Source: Eledone cirrhosa
Lineage: Eukaryota
Direction of reading: 5' to 3'
Length of the DNA: 64,000 nt
Assembly: GCA_964016885.1 (NCBI GenBank)
Contig: OZ024740.1
Coordinates: 223,386,001-223,450,000, forward strand
Positions within the stretch are counted from its first letter, which is position 1, and each line of letters starts with the position of its first letter. Positions 56,072 to 64,000 of the stretch are shown here, one piece after another. A program made the position numbers and the translations under genes. The notes beneath the pieces are model-generated. The model searched no databases, had not been told where the DNA came from, and worked only from the letters and a program-made list of their open reading frames with translations.

Positions 56072-56745
56072 ATATTTAATGTATAATAAACAATACAATA
56101 TAATTACCTCATTAGCAGAGGTTTCCCGAATAATACGGATGCAAAAAACGTCTGCATTCGTTCGTCAATCAAGGCAATATAAACAGATATTTGAAAAATC
56201 CCAAGAAAGGGTAAAAAAGTTTAACGGACCAAAAAATAAATAAAAGTAATAATACAAGAAATGTATAAAAAATAAAGAAATCACAATACACATGCAGTTG
56301 TACATACACACAAATATGCATTTACACACATCCCCTTACTATATTTCTTTATTTTTATTTTTTATACATTTCTTGTATTATTACTTAGTATCGATAGAGG
56401 GTCGGACGCCATGCTTTCCAGCATAGTTACGTCCCTTTACGATCTGATTTCAAATCCCGCCGAGGTTGACTTTGCATTTCATCCTTATGGGGTCGATAAA
56501 ATAAAGTACCAGTAATGCACTGGGTATTGGCTGGCCTTGTGCCTAAAGTAGAAACAATTATTACTTTTATGTATTTTTTGGCCCGTTAAACTTTTTTAGC
56601 CTTTCTTGAGGAGATTTTTCAAATATCTCTCTTTAAATTTCCTTCATTGACGAACGAATGCGGACGTTTCTTGCATCCGTCTTATTCAGGAAACCTCTGG
56701 TAATAAGGTAACTATATTGAATTGTTTATTATACATTAAATATTT
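56072..56745. repeat. Imperfect fold-back palindrome (~200-bp arms) interrupted by a SINE
   Basis: 56072-56280 is the diverged reverse complement of 56343-56385 joined to 56560-56745. Confidence 0.88.
56386..56560 (+). mobile_element. Young SINE family A inserted in the arm of a palindrome
   Basis: Consensus match; TSD ATTATTACTT on both sides. Confidence 0.92.
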
Positions 56746-56898
56746 AGATCTGTAACTTACCTAGAGCACTCTTCATTCCTCTGACTTTTTCAACGGAAAC
56801 GTCAACACACATATATATATATATATATATAAAACGAAGTAAATGTGGTAAGGAACCAGATGGACCATAACGCTCCAAAGTACTCAATAGGGTAGGTT

Positions 56899-57269
56899 AA
56901 TATATATAATATAATATATATAATATAATATATATAATATAATATATATTATATATATAATATAATATATATTATATATATAATATAATATATATTATAT
57001 ATATAATATAATATATATTATATATATAATATAATATATATTATATATATAATATAATATATATTATATATATTATATAATATATATTATATATATTATA
57101 TATATAATATAATATATATTATATATATAATATAATATATATTATATATATAATATAATATATATTATATATATAATATAATATATATTATATATATAAT
57201 ATATTATATATTATATATATATATATATTATATAATATAATATAATATATATAATATAATATATATATA

Positions 57270-57309
<40 letters not shown>

Positions 57310-57327
57310 TATATATATATAATATTA
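56899..57327. repeat. AT-only satellite ((TA)n with TATAA/TATTA interruptions)
   Basis: Direct inspection. Confidence 0.97.
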
Positions 57328-57485
57328 TAGGGTCGGACGCCATGCTTTCCAGCATAGTTACGTCCCTTTACCATCTGAGTTCAAATCCCGCCGAGGTTGA
57401 CTTTGCCTTTCATCCTTACGGGGTCGATAAAATAAAGTACCAGTAATGCACTGGTAATTGCTGGCCTTGTGCCTAAAGTAGAAAC

Positions 57486-57490
<5 letters not shown>
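57328..57490 (+). mobile_element. Young SINE family A (5'-truncated) in (TA)n
   Basis: Near-identical to the other young copies (56386-56560, 59577-59767). Confidence 0.92.
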
Positions 57491-57522
<32 letters not shown>

Positions 57523-57794
57523 TATATATATATAATATTATATATATATATAATATATATAATATTATATATAATCAATTAAGTTAAAGTGTACATCTAC
57601 ATATGTATACAGAAGTATTAGTATGCATATAAATACACACATGTATACATATGTACATGTACTCAGCTTTTCACTAGACACTTTACAGTGAGTGTCAGCT
57701 AGTCTGTATGTAACCACACAGGCGGACCGGGTTTTAGAGTCATACGAGTTTTCAAGGAAACACATTTCCTCTATTCTCCAGAGGGCCAGACAGG

Positions 57795-57839
57795 AATATT
57801 GGACTAGTTTCGATGTTATTACATCTCATCAGCAATATT
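57795..57839 (-). ncRNA. Minimal type I hammerhead ribozyme (mirror copy)
   Basis: Exact reverse complement of 58560-58604. Confidence 0.92.
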
Positions 57840-58559
57840 TACCCATCTTCCGGCTTCTCTGGAGAATTGTAAAAGCACATATCGTTATATGCTTTTTCTA
57901 TGAAAATTAGTAGTGGGTAGACTAATTTGCATAGAACGTGAGTCATTGTACGCACCGGTTCAGCGGAAACGATAAAAACAAATAACGAAACGAAATTAAA
58001 TTTCGTTTCGCTTCTAACTCACTTTTGTATGACTGACACTTAAACAATTAAGTTAAAGTGTACATCTACATATGTATACGGAAGTATTAGTATGCATATA
58101 AATACACACATGTATACATATGTACATGTACTCAGCTTTTCACTAGACGCTTTACAGTGAGTGTCAGCTAGTCTGTATGTAACCACACAGGCGGACCGGG
58201 TTTTAGAGTCATACGAGTTTTCAAGGAAACACATTTACTCACTGTAAAGTGTCTAGTGAAAAGCTGAGTACATGTACATATGTATACATGTGTGTATTTA
58301 TATGCATACTAATACTTCCGTATACATATGTAGATGTACACTTTAACTTAATTGTTTAAGTGTCAGTCATACAAAAGTGAGTTAGAAGCGAAACGAAATT
58401 TAATTTCGTTTCGTTATTTGTTTTTATCGTTTCCGCTGAACCGGTGCGTACAATGACTCACGTTCTATGCAAATTAGTCTACCCACTACTAATTTTCATA
58501 GAAAAAGCATATAACGATATGTGCTTTTACAATTCTCCAGAGAAGCCGGAAGATGGGTA

Positions 58560-58604
58560 AATATTGCTGATGAGATGTAATAACATCGAAACTAGTCCAA
58601 TATT
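58560..58604 (+). ncRNA. Minimal type I hammerhead ribozyme
   Basis: AATATTG-CTGATGA-GATG-TAATAA-CATC-GAAAC-TA-GTC-CAATATT: stem I 7 bp, intact CUGAUGA and GAAA cores, stem II 4 bp, palindromic ACUAGU stem III, GUC cleavage triplet (cut after 58597). Confidence 0.92.
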
Positions 58605-58896
58605 CCTGTCTGGCCCTCTGGAGAATAGAGGAAATGTGTTTCCTTGAAAACTCGTATGACTCTAAAACCCGGTCCGCCTGTGTGGTTACATACAGACTAG
58701 CTGACACTCACTGTAAAGTGTCTAGTGAAAAGCTGAGTACATGTACATATGTATACATGTGTGTATTTATATGCATACTAATACTTCTGTATACATATGT
58801 AGATGTACACTTTAACTTAATTGATTAAGTGTCAGTCATACAAAAGTGAGTTAGAAGCGAAACGAAATTTAATTTCGTTTCGTTATTTGTTTTTAT

Positions 58897-59440
58897 TATA
58901 TATAATATTATATATATATATAATATTATATATATATATATAATATTATATATATATATAATATTATATATATATGATATTATATTTATATTATATATAT
59001 TTATATATTATATATATATTTATATATTATATATATTTATATATTATATATATATTTATATATTATTTATATATTATATATATATTTATATTATATATAT
59101 TTATATATTATATTATATATATTTATATATTATATATATATTATATTATATATATATTATATATTATATATATATTATATTATATATATATTATATTATA
59201 TATATATTATATTATATATATATAATATATATATATATTATATATATAATATATATATATATTATATATATAATATATATATATTATATATATAATATAT
59301 ATATATTATATATATAATATATATATATATAATATATATAATATATATATATATATAATATATATAATATATACTCTTTTACTCTTTTACCTGTTTCAGC
59401 CATCCGGCTGAGGCCATATATATATATATATTATATATAT

Positions 59441-59484
<44 letters not shown>

Positions 59485-59808
59485 TATATATATAATATTA
59501 TATATATATAATATTATATATATATAATATTATATATATATAATATTATATATATATATATAATATTATATATATATAATTGTTTCTACTTTAGGCACAA
59601 GGCCAGCAATTACCCAGAGCATTACTGGTACTTTATTTTATCGACCCCGTAAGGATGAAAGGCAAAGTCAACCTCGGCGGGATTTGAACTCAGATCGTAA
59701 AGGGACGTAACTATGCTGGAAAGCATGGCGTCCGACCCTCTACTGATACTGCCAATCCACCGCCCTTATTATATATTATATATATATAATATTATATATA
59801 TATAATAT

Positions 59809-59842
<34 letters not shown>

Positions 59843-60179
59843 ATATATATAATATATATATATATATGGCCTCAGCCGGATGGCTGAAACAGGTAAAAGA
59901 GTAAAAGAGTATATATTATATATATTATATATATATATATATTATATACATTATATATATATATATATTATATATATTATATATATATATATATATTATA
60001 TATATAATATATATATATTATATATATAATATATATATATTATATATATAATATATATATATATTATATATATAATATATATATATATTATATATATATA
60101 ATATAATATATATATAATATAATATATATATAATATAATATATATATATATAATATATATATATATATAAGATATATAT

Positions 60180-60233
<54 letters not shown>

Positions 60234-60313
60234 TATATATATATATAATATTATATATATATAATATTATATATATATATAATATTATATATATATAATA
60301 TTATATATATATA
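58897..60313. repeat. AT-only satellite with mirrored CR1-tail fragments and a central SINE
   Basis: 59372-59416 and 59867-59911 are reverse complements and match the CR1 3' tail at 46031-46070. The flanking TA interruptions are also mirrored. Confidence 0.9.
59577..59767 (-). mobile_element. Young full-length SINE family A in (TA)n
   Basis: Minus strand GGGCGGTGGATTGGCAGTATCAGTAGAG...GAGTTCAAATCCC...GTAGAAACAATTA. Confidence 0.93.
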
Positions 60314-61788
60314 ATTCTGCCCAAATTACTGATCTTGTGGGCCTCTTTCTTCTTTTCAACTTAAATGCTTCCTTTCCCCACCTTAAAGGTGGTTTATATC
60401 GTGATGACTGTCTTCTTCTTTCCAACAACCTTATCCTCTCAGAAATAGAAAAGAACAAAAAGCTTATTAGAACTTTCCTTAAAGACTATTATAGTCTTCA
60501 TATTACTTTTGAAAACACAAGTAAAGTAGTTAATTTCCTAGATATAACTTTAGACTTAGCTACGGGTATCTACCAACCTTACCATAAACCCGACCAAAAC
60601 TTACATACACTCACAATCTAATCACCCTAAATCTATCCTTAAAAACCTTGCATATAATATATCACTTAGAATTTCTAACCTTTCGTCTAACCAAGACGTT
60701 TGATAAAAATGCGACCTTCTATAACGAAGCTCTAGATAGAAGTGGCCACAAAAATAGATTAGAATATATACCTTCTACTAAAAATACTATAAACATACAA
60801 CCTAATATTACCAACAAACACCAAATGAAAAGTATACACCTAAATGCCACCCACACTATACCCCAAAATACCAACTCTTCTAAAAAAAAGTATAGTAACT
60901 CTCAAAAAACTACTCATCATACAACTCTAATAAATGTTAATAATAAAACTCCTAATAAACAAGATAAAACACCTAAATCAATAAATCTAACTAAAAATGT
61001 GCGTGGTAGTGTCATTAACATTAATCCTCCTAGTTAACATCACGATGCAACCTATAAAAATAATAAACAACATAGAAACCGTAATAGACGAGTTACTTGG
61101 TATAATGCTCCATTTAATTTACAAATTAAGGATAATATTGCTAAAAAAATTTTTTATATCCTAGAGAAAAACTTCCCGCCAAACCACAAATACCATCAAA
61201 TCTTAAATAGATCAACAGTTAAATTCTCATACTCAACAACCAAAAACATAAAACAAAATATAAGTGCCTATAATGCATATAAATGTAAAAAAAAACATAA
61301 GTATACCACCAATACATCAAACTAACCATAATACCTCCTCAAATACAGAATTAACGAAAGGTTGTAACTGTAGAAACAAAGCAAACTGCCCATTAAAAGG
61401 AAATTGTCTTGTTAACAACATAGTTTATAAATGTAAAGTTAAAACTAAAGATTCTATTTGCTCATATATAGGAGCTACTTCTAACAATTTTAAGATAAGG
61501 TTTAATACCCACAAACATAGTTTTAAAAATGCCGCACTGGCTAATACAACATCTCTAGCAGAAAAAATTAATAGTTATAGAAATAAGAATATAGAATATG
61601 ATATGACCTGGAGTGTGCTCAAAAGAGCCACCCCTTATCAAAATAATAGAAATGAATGTAGATTATGTTCCCAAGAACTATTTGAAATAATGAAATCTAA
61701 GGATATCCTATTAAATAAGCGACAGGAATTAATTATATCGTGTAATCATAAACTGAGAAAAACATTTAAATATTATAAACCTAATTAA
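60314..61788 (+). mobile_element. 5'-truncated Penelope-like retroelement (RT C-terminus, thumb, Cys-rich linker, GIY-YIG endonuclease), frameshifted
   Basis: SAQITDLVG, GLYRDDCL, VNFLDITLDL, YQPYHKPD, SNHPKSILKN, VTWYNAPF...KNFPPNHKYHQILNRSTVKFSYS, CNCRNKANCPLKGNCL, IVYKC...YIGATSNNFKIRF..HK.SF, CRLC..E, LLNKRQE...CNH. Confidence 0.93.
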
Positions 61789-62620
61789 TATATATTTTAG
61801 AAATTAATATATAATTTAATTTAAATGTAGTTAACCTATAACTTTAATTTAATTAAAATTCTACTACAGATGAGATTAAAAAATATTGTGTAATCATAAA
61901 TTGTGAAAAACTATTAATATATACGTTGTAAATTAATTTATAGATTAATTTTAGTTTATTTAACCTTTTATTAAAATTCCTTTACAGATGAAATATAACA
62001 AAATATCGTGTAATCAATAACAGAGAAATATTTTTTAATATTATAAACCTAATTAATGTACAATTTAGAAATTTATTTATGAATTAATTTTAATTTAGTT
62101 AACCTATAATTTTAATTTAGTTAGCTTAAAATTAAAATTCTAATACAGATCGATTGCAGAACATCATGTAATCATAAACTGAGATAAACTTTTAAATATA
62201 TACCTAATTAATATATTCTTTACAATTAAATATATATATATATATATTAATTTTAATTTTTGTTAACCTATAATTATATTCTACTATAGATAAAATACAA
62301 AATCTGCTTTAATTATTATAAACCTAATTAACATATACTATAGAAATTAATATATAATTTTTAATTTAGTTAACCTATAATTTATATTCTACTACCGATG
62401 AAATACTTGATTTGGTTTTCCCTATTACTAAATTCATTTCCTAAAATTGATACCATAATGTTAATATTTTTAATTTAGTTATGCTATAATTAATACTCTA
62501 CTACTGTTTAACTTCAAAATTCCGCTTTAAATATTATAAACCTAAGTGGTATACACCTTAGAAATCAATATATTAACTATTTTTAATTTAGTTAACCTAT
62601 AATTAATAGTCTACTTATAT
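61741..62620 (+). repeat. Degenerate ~110-160-bp tandem array derived from the PLE ORF end / 3' UTR
   Basis: Recurrent TGTAATCATAAA (61741, 61888, 62008, 62167), TTATAAACCTAATTAA and TAGTTAACCTATAA motifs. Confidence 0.8.
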
Positions 62621-62799
62621 TAAAATGCATAATTTTGCCTTCTTTCTTATATTTCCTAATACTGAAACTACTATGTAAACACATATTATGATCTAAATGC
62701 AGATTAATATTCTATGTTCCTTGAAACCTATATTTACTATTTCCCACTAATAATTTTAATCCCCTCCCCCCCCTATATTTATTCGTATTTGTAAGCGTG

Positions 62800-63091
62800 G
62801 ATGTATGTATGTGTATGTAAGTATGTATGTATGTTTGGGTGTTTGTATGTGAGTATAAAAATACATATGTGCGCATGTAAATAAGTGTGTATGATTGTAT
62901 ATATATGGATATATGTGTATATATATATATGTATATATGTGTATGTGTATATATATATATGTCTATATATATATATGTGTATATATATATATGTGTGTGT
63001 GTGTGTGTATGTGTATGTATATTTGTAGAGATGTGTGTATGTATATATATATGTGTGCATAATTGTCTGACTGTGTGTATTTATTTATTTA

Positions 63092-63164
<73 letters not shown>

Positions 63165-63193
63165 ATGTGTGTGTGTGTATATATATTTATGTG

Positions 63194-63256
<63 letters not shown>

Positions 63257-63607
63257 ATGTATATCTCTTTATTTATGTATGTCTGAGTTGTGTGTGAGCG
63301 TGAGGTGGTATGTGTATATATATACATGGATATGTGTATGTGTGTGTATATATACGTATATGTATGTGTGTGTGTATATATATGTGCGTATATCTATATA
63401 TATATATATGTGTGTGTATATGTGTATCTATATATATGTGTGTATATATATATATGTATATGTATGTATGTGTATGTGTATGTACATATATGTGTATATA
63501 TATATATATATGTGTTGTGAGTATATGTATATATATATATGTGTGTATGTATGTGTGTCTATGTATTTATATATGTATATGTATATGTCTCTATATATAT
63601 ATGTGTG

Positions 63608-63662
<55 letters not shown>

Positions 63663-63690
63663 CGGTGTGTATTTTATGTATGAGTATATA
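62800..63690. repeat. (TA)/(TG) compound microsatellite field
   Basis: Direct inspection; explains the YIYI/CVCV ORFs. Confidence 0.97.
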
Positions 63691-64000
63691 TTTTACTTGT
63701 TTATTTCTTTTTAATATATTTCTTTTTATTTCTAAATTTATAGATACATTTTATAAATAGGCAGTTGTCTGACACCCTCAGTAATTACTGACCCCCTTTA
63801 ACTACTTTGGTTCTGCATCTAGATGTAAATATATGTGGCAGTGTTTATGTGTGCGCCTTAATATCCATATAGTTATAATAATGATATATACGTATGTGTG
63901 TGTGTGTGTGTGTATGTTCGTGGGTATGTGTATGTTTATGTGTATATGCGCGTGTGTGTATGATTGTATGTATATGTGTGTATATATGAGTGTATATATG

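Larger units (their letters stand above)
57572..58896. repeat. Head-to-head palindrome of a 469-bp tandem unit (about 1.4 units per side); candidate retrozyme/PLE pseudo-LTR
   Basis: Period 469 (57576 vs 58045; 58237 vs 58706). Arms 57572-58162 and 58237-58827 are reverse complements (one mismatch seen, 58149/58250) around a 74-bp spacer. Confidence 0.95.

Noticed and set aside
58466-58475. Octamer ATGCAAAT suggesting an snRNA-type promoter
   Set aside because: It is one arm of a hairpin stem in the repeat unit; no snRNA or convincing PSE follows.
57565-58828. Repeated 64-72-aa ORFs in the 469-bp unit
   Set aside because: Non-ATG starts, no recognisable domain, and repetition only reflects the DNA repeat; the hairpin content points to an RNA-level function.

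Overview
AT-rich, microsatellite-dense eukaryotic DNA. The SINE/LINE repertoire looks like an octopus or other coleoid cephalopod, which is inferred from repeat style and not verified. No intact protein-coding gene can be supported. The window holds an internally deleted Gypsy-type LTR element (8185-10748), a 5'-truncated RTE LINE with a PHD-like finger (28.9-31.5 kb), a second RTE split by an inversion (38.8-40.4 kb), a CR1-type LINE fragment (46.0-47.0 kb), two Penelope-like elements (22.9-24.2 kb and 60.3-61.8 kb) and many tRNA-derived SINEs of two families. Seven Cys/Gly-rich exon-like islands on the minus strand (41.6-55.2 kb) look like a decayed calcium-binding-EGF repeat gene. The most striking element is a 469-bp, hairpin-rich, non-coding repeat unit carrying an intact minimal type I hammerhead ribozyme. 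It forms a head-to-head palindrome with 591-bp arms (57572-58896) inside (TA)n, about 1.4 kb upstream of a Penelope-like RT/GIY-YIG element, and is a candidate retrozyme-like/PLE-mobilised self-cleaving RNA. It lies in a cluster of adjacent fold-back palindromes at 56-60 kb.
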